64,000 nt of DNA from NCBI RefSeq assembly GCF_009914755.1, contig NC_060925.1; one strand, 5' to 3'. This DNA is from the human T2T-CHM13v2.0 reference genome, Homo sapiens. Positions within the stretch are counted from its first letter, which is position 1. Each line of letters starts with the position of its first letter. Made by a program: the position numbers and the translations under genes. Below, in pieces: positions 46,461-60,986 of this stretch. The notes beneath the pieces were generated by a model, which saw nothing but the letters and a program-made list of their open reading frames with translations, was not told where the DNA came from and searched no databases.

Positions 46461-47387
46461 CTGTGTCAGAAAAGCAAGACATTCTGTGAAAAATAGAACA
46501 AAACAAAGAAGACCTCAGCAGTACTTAGTGCTGTTCATACACTGTGAAGACAACCTCCATCAAGAATAAAGACTTTACCACTTCTGAGCTCAGACTCGAT
46601 ACTGTCTGAAACCCTCAATCAGCTTTTGTGTTAAAGATAAGGATATTGTTATCTAGCCAAGTTAAATGTGATGCCCATCCTAACAATTCCAGGTCACTGA
46701 ACCTGGAATGCATAAGTCCTGCCACTCCTGTCCCCATCCGTACCTTCACTTCCTAATGATACCAGTCTCTCAAGACTTGGCTCAGATGCTAGCTACTTCC
46801 TTAACCCTCAGTGTGCCATCAGGGTCCGTTCAACCATGTTTAGCTTCTGAGTTGTTTGTGAAGGATTTCTCTTTCATGATGTTTATTCTTTCTTAAAAGT
46901 TTTTTTCAAAGAAAAAAGATGAATTTTACTTAAAAAAAACCAAACAGAATAAAACTCATCTTATCTTGTAATTCCCATATCGATTGGTCCACTGGACTAA
47001 TAAATCTGCAATACATTAAAGGCATGTAGTGCTCTTATTTGTCCTATATCTTGAAGCATTTTGCATTTTCATCTTCCTAGGAATTGTTTTCTCATTACCT
47101 AGAATTACTCATCAATTATTACAAACTATACTAAAAAAGACTGAAATAAAATAGTAAGAAAAAAATTATGGAATCACCTAGGACAATGAAATCATTCAAG
47201 AAATCATTTTCTTTCATTTTCATATTGTGTTGCCCATAGTATTGCATCATCTTTTAAATACATATATAAGATTGCAGACATCATCTTTATAGCCTTTATA
47301 AAAAAACTGAGATACAATCTTTAAAAAAAAACTGAGACAGAATTCACATACCATAAAATTCACCCTTTTAAAGTACAAAATTCAGTG

Positions 47388-47522
47388 TTTGTTTTCGTTT
47401 TCTTTTTTGAGATGAGGTGTTGCTATGCTGCCCAGGCTGTTCTCAAACTCCTGGACTCAAGCATTTTTCCCATCTCAACTTCCCAAGTAGCTGGGATTAC
47501 AGGTGTACACCACCATACCCAG
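47388..47522 (-). mobile_element. Alu monomer
   Basis: Reverse Alu fragment; TTCAGTG on both sides. Confidence 0.75.
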
Positions 47523-47728
47523 TTTCAGTGGTTTTTCACAGACAGTATTCACAAAGGGGGTACAAGGGGGTACAATCACCACCACTATTTAATTCCAGAA
47601 CATTTTCATCACTCTAAAACCCATCAGAAATCATTCACCATTCCTCCCTCTCCCACACCTGGCAATTACTAATCTTTCTGTCACTATGAATTTGCCTATT
47701 TTTGGACATTTCATAAAAATGGAATACA

Positions 47729-48327
<599 letters not shown>

Positions 48328-48918
48328 AAAAATGGAATACAGTATGTGGCATTTTGTGTCTGGTTTCTTTCATTTAGCATGATGTTTTCAAGGTTCACCC
48401 ATGTTGTAGCATGTATCAGTACTTCATTCCTTTTTTACGGCTGAATAATATTCTAACACACATGCACGCACACATACACACACCACATTTTTTTTTAATC
48501 AATTTATCTGCTGATGACATTTCAGTTGTTTCTACTTTTTGGCAATTATAAATAATGCTACTACAGATATTTGTGTACAAGTTTTTGTGTGGACTTATGT
48601 TTTCAATTCTCTTCTGTATACACCTAACAGTCAAACTGCTGCATTATAGGGTAACTCTATGTTTAACTTTTTCATGAACTGCCAGACTGTTTTCCAAAGT
48701 AGTTGTGCCATTTTTACATTCCAATTAACTATCTACGAGGGTTCCAATTTCTCCACATCCTCACCAACACTTGTTATTGTCTCCCTTCGTAATTATAGCC
48801 ATGTTAGTGGGTGTGAAGTGGTATCCATAGTGGTTTTGACTTGTATTTCTCTAATGGTTAATGGTGTGGAGCACCTTTTCAGTGTTTACTGGCTGTGTAT
48901 CTTCTTCAAATAAATGTA

Positions 48919-49489
48919 TGTTAATTATGTTTAATTTTTTTTTTCTATTTTATCATGTTTTCACATCTTAAAGCTTTCTGGCCTGGGAAGACTGTCCCTG
49001 TAAGGGATAACTAATTCCTAAAGATAGTAAACAGCACATCTTGCATATGCCAACCAACCAATCCCAAATCTACAGTCCTAATCATTTCCGTATCTAACTC
49101 TTACACACCATGCAAATATTTCTCCTGGTCTAAATCATCCAGGGCCAGGTATCAGGAATCTAGAGATTACTCCTATAGCCCAGAGTCTGCTGGAATTATT
49201 CAAACTAGCCAGTCCTAAACTGTAAGTCCTGCCCTGCCTTGCCTTTCCCAAGGAAAACTCAATAAAGGCTCTGGCTCAGGATTTCCTCACACTCCTGCTT
49301 CTGCCTCCTGACTGAAACCTACTGTTCCTCCCGTGGCCCTGCATAGCACCCATGCCTCTCTTTTCTAGCAGAACTATGCAAAATATTAAACTTTTCTTTC
49401 TTTCTTTCTTTTAAACAATGTTTCTTGCCATAGACCTCTTTGTCTCATCACTCAGTCACCTTTGTAAATTAAAACCTAGGCATGAAACA
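48919..49489 (+). mobile_element. ERV solo LTR (LTR47-like) inserted in L1MB
   Basis: TG...CA ends, AATAAA near 49261, 'catatgccaaccaaccaatcc'; L1 sequence resumes on both sides. Confidence 0.6.
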
Positions 49490-50969
49490 TGTCTGTTCAA
49501 AACTTTTGTTCACTTTTTAGTTTGCTTATTTGTCTTTTGTTGAATTGTAAGAGTGCCTAATTTATCCACTTTCATTTTGGCTTTTTGTGCTTTTGGTGCC
49601 ATATCTAATAAACCACTGCCTAATCCACAATCAAGAGGATTTATACCCACACTTTCTTCTAAGAGTTTTATAACTTTAGCTCTTACATTGAGGTCCTAGA
49701 TTCCTTTTGAGCTAATTTTTGTATCTGCTATAAGGTAGGAATACAACTTTGTTCTTTGGCATGTGGATATCCAGTAGTCCCAATACTATTCGTTGAAAAG
49801 GCTATTCTTTCCCTCATTAAATTGTCTTGAAACCACTGTCAGAAATTCCATTCCACTGACCTATACGTTTATCCTTATGCCAGTACCACAGTCTTGATTA
49901 CTACAGCTTTGTAGTAAGTTTTGAAATTGGTAAGTGTGAATCTTCCAATGTTGTTCTTTTTTTCCAAAATGGTTTTGATTATTCTGGGTCTCTTGCATAT
50001 CCATGTGAAATTTAGGATCAACTTGATAATTTCTGCAAAAAATGAGTTGGGATTTTGATAGGAATTAAGTCTGTAATATAATGTAGGGAGTATGGTCAGT
50101 ACTGTTATCTTAACAACATTAAGTCTTTTAATCTGTGAACATAGATGTCTTTCCATTTATTTGTGTTTTTAACATTTTCTTTCAAAGAGGTCTTATAGTT
50201 TTAAATGTACAAATCTTACTGTTCTTTTGTTAAGTATAGTTCAAATATTTGATTCTTTTTTTGATGCTACTCTAAGTAGAACTGTTTTCTTAATTTTTGT
50301 TTCCGGATTGGTCATTGTTAGTGTGTAGAAATACAATTTATTTTTGCATATTGATCTTATGTCCTGTAACCCCACTGGAACTCTATTAGTTCTAACAGTG
50401 TTTGTTTGGTTTTTTTTTGGCATGGACTCTTTAGGATTTTTGATAAGATCATGCCGTCTGCAAATAAAGATACTTTTACTTCGTTCTTTTCAATTCGGGT
50501 GCTTTTTATCTCTTTTTCTTAGCCAAATGTCTTGACTAGAAACTCTAGTAAAATGTTGAATAGAACTGGCAAGAGCAAAAATCTTTGTCTTCTTTCTGAT
50601 CTTAGGCAGAAAGCTTTCAGTATTTTACCATTAAGTATGTTAGCTATGGGTTTCCCATAGATGCCCTTTTTCAGGCTGAAGCAGTTCTCTCTTATTCCTA
50701 GTTTGTTGACTGTTTTTATCAAGAAAGAGTGTTACATTTTTTCAATGTTCTTTTCTACATCTATTCAGATGGTCCTGTGGTTTTTATCCTTTATTCTATT
50801 AGTATGATATATTACATTGATTCAGATTCTTGTATGTTGAATTAACCTTGCATTCCTGACATAAGTCCTACTTTGGGGTAGTATACAATTCTTTTGTATG
50901 TTGCTGGATTTGGTTTGATAATTTTTGCATCTCTATTCATAAGAGATATTGCTCTATAGTTTTCTGGCA

Positions 50970-51836
<867 letters not shown>

Positions 51837-51849
51837 AAGACTTTTATTC

Positions 51850-52970
51850 TCTGTTCCTCTAAATCTGGGTCAGGTGTCATGGTAAGTTGCCACGGCACTG
51901 TGGTGCATACCTTAGCAGAGCATTTGGCACACTGTAGGGTGATCTTTGTTTACCTGGCTGTCTCAGCATTAGTCCGCCAACTCCCTGAGAGCAAGAGCCA
52001 TATCTCATTTGTATCCTATCCTATGAAAATGCACAAATCTCTAACCTAGACTTCACTCCTCAGCTTCAAACTGATAAGCACAATGGTTCGCTGAGCCTCT
52101 GCCCTGATGATCCACTGATCCTCTAAGACTCAACGTGTTCAGAAAATAATTTGTCTTCATCCCATCTCCAAAACTTTTCCCACTTTCTATTTGCTATCTC
52201 AATGGTGGCATCATTATTTAGTCACTCAAGCCAAAAACCTAGAAGTCATGTTTAACTCCTTTTCCCGTATGTATTTAATCAACCACCAACTCCAGTTGAA
52301 CTTATTTACTAAATGTTTAAAATTTTAACACTACCAGTACCCTTGTTCAGGCCTGATCATTTCTCATGTGGAGTACTGCAACCACCTGTTATCTCTTCTT
52401 GCCATTAGTCTTTCCCTTTCCAAATCATCCTCCACACAGCTAAAACAGAAATTAGATGACATCATTTGTTTGTGTAAAGCTCTTCTGTTTCCCACTGCAT
52501 AATTAATAAAGTCTAAATTTTACAGGATGTGACACAAGGCCTTGAATGATCTTATCCTTATCTAACTTTCATTTTCGCCACTCTCAGCCTCACATTTTAT
52601 GCAACAGCAATACTAAACACTTGATGCTATGTCTTATTTCTATGCCTTTGCTCAGGCTTGTATGACCGCTGTCATTTGCCTCTCTCCCTCGGCAAATCTT
52701 ATGTACCTTTTACAATTATTTCAACTTATGTATCACTTCCTATGGGAAGCATTTCCTAACCCCGTGCCAGGCTAAAGTTATGTCCTATCCTTCCCACACC
52801 TCCATTAATGCACTTATCACAATTATCTGAATTTATCTGAATTATCTATTTCCACAAAATGATAAAGGCTCCTTGAGGAAACAACCATGATTTTTTCACT
52901 GGTGTATTCCCAGGACCTAATATAGCAAACCTGTTACATGCTAACACTCAGTAAAAGATCACTGGAAGAT
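51850..52970 (-). mobile_element. L2 fragments
   Basis: 'aagactcaacgtgttcagaa...tcactcaagccaaaaacctagaagtcat...cctttgctcagg...cttcctatgggaagcatttcctaacc'. Confidence 0.6.
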
Positions 52971-53749
52971 TCTATGTATAAATAAACCAGATGAAACGAG
53001 ATAAAGTAAATGTGCCTTTTTTCAGCAAATTCAAAAGTACATATATATGTTATATATGTAGCTATATATGCCTTGAATAGATACTTCACTAATAGATAGC
53101 TAATACGAATGTATTAGCTTATTTTATTATCAAGAAAAACCTGATAGAGGTACTATCAGTATTTCTATTTTACTGAAGCAGAGAGGTTAACTTGCTCAAT
53201 AATACAAAACTTGGAAATATTGGAAGCTGAATTAGACAAAGCACTCTAAAATAAAGTGTAATGAGATAAGAATAAACTGATTTTCTAAAATGGTTTGAAA
53301 TTAAGTTGAAATATATTAAACCTAACTACATATAACAAAACACATAAACCTCACAGTGCCAGCCACTAGACTAGGCTGTCACCTGGTCAGGCAGACACCA
53401 AAGCTTTTCTGGCACAGTAGTTTTCCAGTTATGCTCCCCAAACACGCAGTGCTTAGAAGGTGTTGCTTTGAGAGCTAACACAAGGGCCAAGCAGAACAAC
53501 TCCACTTTGTACGATTTCACTTACAGCAACAACAGTTATAAAAAATATGAACGAAATGCTCCTTCTTGACTTATTTTTAGTTTCCAATATAGTCTTTTTC
53601 AATGAATGATTGTAAGACCCACTGTCAAATACATACATAGATCATTAGGATTTGTCTGCTGGAAACTCAGTAAATATGTAGTGACAAGCCAAAGTCAAAT
53701 GCTTAAAGATAGAAATAAGATTTAAATAACGTAACAGTTAGCAAAATAC

Positions 53750-53826
53750 CTCTTCAAGATCAGAGACAGCAAATACTACTTTTTCAATGGTTTCCCCATG
53801 AATCTCTAGGAATCTTCTTACAGTGC
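53750..53826 (-). CDS. GDAP2: GDAP2 coding exon (approx. exon 6), end of macrodomain
   Basis: ttag|GCACTGTA...GAAGAG|gtattt; 77 nt; (R)TVRRFLEIHGETIEKVVFAVSDLEE. Confidence 0.96.
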
Positions 53827-54349
53827 CTAAGGAAAAGAATAGAAAGATTACTCAATAAATAAAAAATTACTTATACATAAAGAAAAATCAAGCTCTTCAA
53901 TGTTTTAGTTTTGTAATGGATCACTTCTCACTTCATTCAGCACTCTGCTTAGTAATACCCTATCAGTGAAGCCTGCCCATACTACTTGTATAAAAATTCT
54001 GATTTGCTTTCCTCCAGAGCAACTGTGATAGACATTTTATGAAGTTACTTGTGTATTGTTATCCTCCCTGCCCTCTCCGCCTCATTCACTAGAATGAAAG
54101 CTCCATAAAGAAGATGCTTTATTGTATTTATTGCTCTATTTCCAATGCCAAGAACAGTGACTGGCCGTAGAAGATGCTGACTCTATACAATTCTCTTTTA
54201 TCCAGTATATTCTTCTTATTCCCTGGGGCCTCTCTCGGGCCAGAATGATCTAGCACAAGTGTCTTTCCATTCATTCAGTTACAGTATTAGATATCCTACC
54301 CAGTCCTTCAGACCCTGACAAAACTCCACAAAACCAAAGCTCAATTATT

Positions 54350-55560
54350 TTTTTCTTAATTTCTATGTCATCCTAATTCTTCTTTATCAACTTCTAATAA
54401 CAAGACCTACTGGCCTTTACTTCAGTTCTTAACTCATTGGATCTCTCCCTAGCTTTAGCCCTTAACACACATGTCCTCATCTTTTAAAAATGTTGTCCCC
54501 CAGGGTTCTGCCTTCAATATTTTTTATTTTTTTGATATACTTATTCTCCTTAGCTCACTGATGTGCTGGATAGGTATTACCTCAAATGCTGATGGCTCCC
54601 AAATCTTTATATTCTTTATTCTGAGGAAAAGACCCAAATTACCTGATGCCTATTAGGTATATCTGCTTAGATAACTCACAGAGACCTCAAATTCAGTGTA
54701 GCCAAATTTGACCCCAACAGGTCCAAATCCTGACCGCCATCTTTTTCCGAACAAACCTGGTCCTTTTTACCTACATTCCTTATTTTGGTTACATATCAAC
54801 ATCCAACCAATCATCCAAGCTAGAATCCTGAATTGTCTTTGATGCTTCCTTTACCTCTTCCTTCATGCTGCATTTTCAAATAGTTCCCATGACTTTTAAT
54901 TCTATTGCTAATATTTCTAACATTTATTCCTTTCTTTTGGCTGCTTTCAGGTTCTCAAGGCTCACACAGACTTTGGTAATAAGCTCTTAACTGCTCTCCT
55001 TGCGTCTTTTTTCCGCAAGTCTACATACTCACTGTTGCCTGAGTTATCTTCTCATGTTACCCGAGTTATCTTCTCATGTTACCCTTTTTAATAAACACTG
55101 GTGATGCTCTGCACTACTTACAGGTTAAGATTCAAAAACCCTAGCATGACTCTCTATACTCCAACGCCAACTGTCCACTTTCCCCCACTCAGCTCTTTAG
55201 TCCTGTTTTCAATTATTCCTCCCACATCTTATGCTTTAGCCAAATCTACTTTGCTGTATTCAAAACATACCACTTACTTTTATGATGCCCTGCCTCTGCT
55301 TGCATGTGCCTACCTTTGACTAGAGTACCACTCATCCACCATTCTCTTCTTTTGGTGAACTCCTACTCATTTTTCAAGACCTAGCCAAGAGCCATCTCCA
55401 CCCTTCTTTATGCCCCTCCTAGAATCTTTTGAACACCCTTCATTTTAAGAATTTCTCACATTTTATAGCTAGACTAAGCTTTTTGAAGACCAAGTATATT
55501 TTATATTAATATTACTTTAATTTGGGGCCTAGCACACCTTACGGATGTGATATGCAATCA
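54350..55560 (-). mobile_element. L2 fragments
   Basis: 'aatgctgatggctcccaaatctttat...cctcaaattcagtgtagccaaa...aactcctactcatttttcaagacctag'. Confidence 0.6.
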
Positions 55561-55786
55561 TTCAAAAGTAACTAGTAACTGAATTAACAATTTATGGCTC
55601 AGTTACATATTGCCTGCTTTGTTCAACACTGTATCTCAAGAACCTAACAGAGCAAACCTATTTGTTAAAGGACTAAACAAACACTCATAACTCTCCTCCT
55701 GTTAGATGACAAATTTACTTTTTATTTTTTCCTCTATTCTGCTTTAATGCTTTTTCAAAAACGAACTTTCAAAAAAAGATTTTCAG

Positions 55787-56102
55787 CAGGACATGGAGGC
55801 TCATGGCTATAATCCCAGCACTTTGGGAGGTGAGGGCAAGACGATTACTTGAGCCTGAGTTCAAGACTAGTTTGGGCAACATAGCGAGACCCTGTGTTTA
55901 CCAAATTTTTTTTAAAAAATTAGCTAGGTATGGTGACGCATGCCTGTAGTCCTAGCTACCTGGGGGGCTAACAAGGGAGGATCACTTGAGCCCAGGAGGT
56001 TGAGGCTGCATTGAGCTGTGTTTGCCCCACTGCACTGCAGCCTGGGCGACAGTGTATGACTCTATCTCAAAAAAATAAATAAATAAATAAATAAATAAAT
56101 AA
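55787..56102 (+). mobile_element. Alu (AluJ-like) with (AAAT)n tail
   Basis: Dimeric Alu; TSD AAAGATTTTC. Confidence 0.88.
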
Positions 56103-59013
56103 AGATTTTCTGTTTCCTATTTATTTGACACCAAGTTGTAATGTTCATGCATAATAGTTTCCCAGAATATAATTATATTATTTCCTTTGGAAGATAAAAT
56201 ACAATACCAAATAGCAACCAAATTGAATTCTCTCAGTGGAATTCATTTAGAAAATTAACTCTGCAAAAGCAGTGAAGAAGACTAATGTCATGACTCTAAG
56301 GTTTTAGTACTAAAGGCCAGGCCACGCTCTTCCTTTCAAAGTTTCATCTGTGCACTATACTCTGCAACCAACCACAATGTCCTGTGCTTAAATACCTAGT
56401 GAATACCCTATAATTTGTAAGAATGACATCTAGGACATTATAATTCCCCATCTGGAAACACCACGAGAACAAACACCTTCATCTTATTTCTCACCACTGT
56501 AGTATTTTGTATACAGCACATAGTAGTCACTTAAATTTTTGTTGGATGAATAAATAACCTGATAAATTTATTTCAATGCAGATATTTCTTTAGGCTTTTT
56601 CTGGAGAAAAACAAACTGCACATGAACTAAGAAAAAAAAAGCACGTGTCTTAATATATCTATCAAAAACATATTATTTAGGCTTCAAATGAAATAAATTT
56701 TGATAATAGTTTAATAAGAAAGCTTTTGATACTAAGGACTTCGAGTTATATCATTAGATTTGTTCTTGGCCCATATATGTTACAAAAGTGTATAAGCCAT
56801 TTGTTTTCCAAATGCTTGATAAAGTATTCAAGCAAAAGGCATCATCTTCTGTGTAAGTGTTTGAATGAAATGCTACAGTTTTGCCACTAGATTTAAGGCC
56901 TAATAAGTCAAATGTGCCCACTTTTTAAGAGCTGTACATTTCCTTTTTGCTAATTATATTTCTAGAAACTGCTTCATCAAAGTCCCTTATACCCATTATT
57001 GATCTTTATCTGCTGTTACTCTCAAAGTTGACCTCTTTCATAGTACTGTATCAAGTGATTTGTCTGGGGCCACAGAGCTAGAGTTGGACTGGTAGAATTA
57101 GAACTAAAAACCAGTCTTCTTAACCCCCTATTCAGAACCTTTTCTACAAAATAATGCTGCCTCTTTAAAATAGAATCCTTATGATTACCTTAATAAAAAA
57201 TAGATATACAAAAGAAGCTATGAGATGATATGACAAGGACTAAGTAAAATCAGAGAATGCAGAGACCAGCCAAAAGCCTTGTCAGGAGCAATTATATCAA
57301 GGGAGGAATTTTGCTTTCGTTAGGTACCATTTAGAAGATAGGCATGTAATAACATAGTAGTCTTCCACTGAAGCAGTTCTAACTCAAGCATAATGAATCA
57401 TCTAGTATAACAGACAGGTTACTAGACCTGGGAGTCAGAAGGTCTGGATATATGCTCCAAGTCTGCATAACCCTCATAACAGGAGAAATTTCTGAGACCT
57501 TTTATTTGTACAACGGACACCACACTACCTAAAACACAGGGTTGTTAAGTAAAGTAAGTGGAATTTACTTGTCCCTTTTAAAAATATATATTTCTTGAGC
57601 AAGTACCATATGTCAAGCATTCAAGATAAAAAGATAAGATCCCTGCCCCTCAAGCTCAGTCTAATGTAATGTATATAAGCTTAATTATAAAATATACAAA
57701 TTTACTATAAAATCCTTGAGCAGTTAGAATATTGGTTTTTAAAATAGGTTATAATTAAATAAGACTAAGACTGAACAGATACTCACCCTAAACTCCAGGC
57801 TACATAATAATAACTTATACATTCAAATATCTTTTTGGTATTTGTGGATATAAGGCTTTCAGCTCTTCGACTTTAAATTCTAGAGATAACAGGGGCTCTT
57901 AAAGATGATTTAGTATAGTTCGTCTCTGAAATGAGAAGTGTTTTCTATAACAGCTGCAACAGATGGTCCTGTAACCTCTGCATGAATGTTCCTAGTGACA
58001 AGAAGTTCGCTAAAATACTTTGCTGTTACAGTTAGTACTACTTCAAGTGGGACCAACATTTTCTTCCTTATAACTTGGTCTTAGACCTTGCCTTGTACAG
58101 TTGGAGTTCTTATCTACAATCCTGATGAGGATCTGTAAACTTCCTGAAATAACATGCAAATTCTGTATTTATGCACATTTTTCTTGACAAAGGGTCCATA
58201 GTGTTCTTTCACCAGATGCTCATCGTAGTTTATGACAATATCCCAAAGAACTGCTGCTTGAAAAATGTAGCACAGAATAAGTCCAAATGAGATTCCTTCA
58301 GATATTTGAAGATGGACATCATATTTGCTAAAAGCATGCTCTTCTTTAGAAGAAACACCACTACTGTTTCAAACTGTTTGTCCTCCTGTTTGTCAGTGTC
58401 TCATGCAATATGACACACAGAAATATATATAAAACTCAAGATGTGGTCTAAATCTGCATATATACAGTGAGATCATGGACTCTCTTTAGCTGAATGCCAT
58501 ATTTTTATGTGACATACAGGCATTTGGCTCATATTGACTGAGCCCAGTCTTTTGAAAACCTAAATGCAGAATTTTACATTCAAATAGCATGTGTGAATGT
58601 GGCTATTTAAACTGCCAAGTGTTATACAAATATGATATCATGAAATCTGACTGCATTTGTTACAGACTGTTAAGATTATTCTAAATTCTGATTTAACTAC
58701 TCAATGCATTAGCCATACTTTCTAACTTAGCATCACTTTCAAATTCAAGAGGCTAGCTGCTCTGAATCTATTCTGGTTTTGGGGGCCGTCCAATTCAAAT
58801 CTCATTCTTTGCTCAATTAAATTCTGTTAAATTAAAAAAATTAATAGGCAAGTCTTCTGACCCGTTATTCAAATGGATAAAAATGCCAACCTGAAAAAGT
58901 AAATTGAGAGCTCTGCAACTTGCCAATAAAAACTTCCCTCCAGGGAGCCACAATCACTTAATCAATGAATATTCTTTGGCTGTAACTATTTAATGATTAA
59001 AAAAAAAAAAAAC

Positions 59014-59182
59014 CTTTTTTTTTTGAGATGAGGTCTCACTATATGTTGCTCGGGCTGGAGTGCAGTGGCTATTCATAGATGCAATCACAGCTCACTGCAG
59101 CCTTAAACTTCTGTCCTCAAGTGATTCTCCTGCCTCAGCCTCCCAAGTCGCTGGAATTACAGGTATAAGCCACCATGCCCAG
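59014..59182 (-). mobile_element. FAM-like (fossil Alu monomer, 7SL-derived)
   Basis: Carries the 7SL-type segment 'gtgcagtggctattcatagatgcaatc' absent from dimeric Alus. Confidence 0.75.
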
Positions 59183-59237
59183 AATTTAAAAAATTTTTAA
59201 GATTCAATTCATGTACAGCATCTCTGATATTACTTAC

Positions 59238-59326
59238 GAAGTGCTATGTGTGTTGCATCCTCTAAAGGATAACCACGTTTTGCAGAATTGATGACACAGA
59301 AGCCAACAGAAGACATTGACTGCTCT
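59238..59326 (-). CDS. GDAP2: GDAP2 coding exon (approx. exon 5), macrodomain
   Basis: gcag|AGAGCAG...GCACTTC|gtaagt; 89 nt; EQSMSSVGFCVINSAKRGYPLEDATHIAL; phase matches both neighbours. Confidence 0.97.
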
Positions 59327-59773
59327 CTGCAACAAAGGGAAAACACAAAAATTGCACTAGAAATATCAGTAATACATACACAACAATATATAAGTAATTT
59401 CAAAATCTAGCTCAACTTCTCCTTTCCTCCCTCTTCAACAAATCTACTATAATAGCTAACCCAACTGTACCACTCAATAATTCTATTCATATACAATTTA
59501 ATTGCACTCTTTGGAGGATATATATCTCACATAAAAACTGAATAAAAAATGGGAAAAGGTTAAATTCTCAAGTCACTCAAATCTATCCCATTTATCCCGC
59601 TAAGTTTGAAAAGATAATTCTATTGTCAGGGTCCTCCTAAATCACCTAAGTCCCTCAAAATTTGACTTCCACTGCTAGGTTTTTAATCTTTAAAAACTGG
59701 GGCCTTTATCTTTAAAAACTGGGGCCTTTAACAATGTATGATATGCTATGTCCAGAAAATGAGTAGACCATAC

Positions 59774-59927
59774 TTTGCTAGTTGAAGTACGTTTCTGTAG
59801 CAGCTATAAAGGGAACTCTCAGCTGCTGTGCGATAGCGGCTTTTATATTTAGGTCCCACTGTGTGAATGATGAACCGGGCAGCTAGATTGAATCCTTTTG
59901 TCAATTTTGCTTCACCTGTTCGGCACC
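59774..59927 (-). CDS. GDAP2: GDAP2 coding exon (approx. exon 4), macrodomain
   Basis: cag|GGTGCCGA...CTAGCAAA|gtatgg; 154 nt; encodes (G)CRTGEAKLTKGFNLAARFIIHTVGPKYKSRYRTAAESSLYSCYRNVLQLA(K), with the macrodomain 'G.A..T.G..L.A..IIHTVGP' signature. Confidence 0.97.
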
Positions 59928-60986
59928 CTGAAAACAATGGAAACACACATAAGTTTGGATGTGTTAGGAAAACAGAAACAAAAACAAATGAAAGCATGAA
60001 ACAGAGAAAGTATTGAGAACTTTGAGAAATTTCAGTTAAAAATACAGACTGAACACAAGCATTTATCTCTGTTACTTCTGTTCCCAAAATGACAGTGAAG
60101 CAATACAATAGGTATAAGCACAGAGACAGATAAAGAGAATGAGAAAGACCATGAAGCAGATAAGCATCATCAAAATTTTGGAAGGTAGAATGTCAACTGA
60201 CTAGTAACTGACTCAACAGAGCAGACAAACCTAATTGCTTGCAGAAATGAGATAACTAATACGAAGCAAGTTGATCTGTACTGAAAAGCAGTGTTGGATA
60301 CAAGACAGACTGCTTTGATTCAAATCCTGAGTTCCTGTCAAGACACTCTGGGCAGGGGCTTAGCCTTGTTACAACTCAATTTCCTATTTAAGAGGGATAC
60401 TAGTAGTACTTACTTCACAGGATTAAACGAGTTACTATATGCAAAGTGCATACATGCATAAGAAATTATTGTTATTATTACTAGAGAATGCTAAAAAGGC
60501 TCAGAAATTGGAGCCCTAAGTACTTGTAAAGGCTATGCTGTCAAGTGGGATGTGGTGCTAAAAAGAGGAGGTCCAGTTAAAAGTTTGTATAAAAACAGTC
60601 AAATCTGCAACAACCCCTCCCCCAGCCAGCACAGTAAGGTGATGATTTTTTTTTTTTTTTTACCACCAGAGCAGCAGGGAAGAAGTTTATTCTCTGGAGA
60701 TGCTCAACTAGAGAGTTTCTGGATTCCAGAACCCCAGGCACAGCTGAAAAGAGGGGATTTAGTTAAAGTGTTATACTTAACAGTGAAAGGTCTAGCCCTC
60801 TGCCCCTAAATGGCTTTCAAAACAGACATCTAGGCTTACACTCCTGGAGGATTCCTTTCCAAGAAATTGAGAGGCCCAAACCTAAAGGACCTACAGATAA
60901 CTGGGGAAGTTCCCCAATAAAATAACAGGCAGGAGTCCCATTCTGTCATATGCTTCAAGACCCACCAGGCAATAACCGTTGCCCAC

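Noticed and set aside
60903-60915. Isolated kB-like palindrome GGGGAAGTTCCCC
   Set aside because: Single motif in repeat-derived context with no supporting cluster
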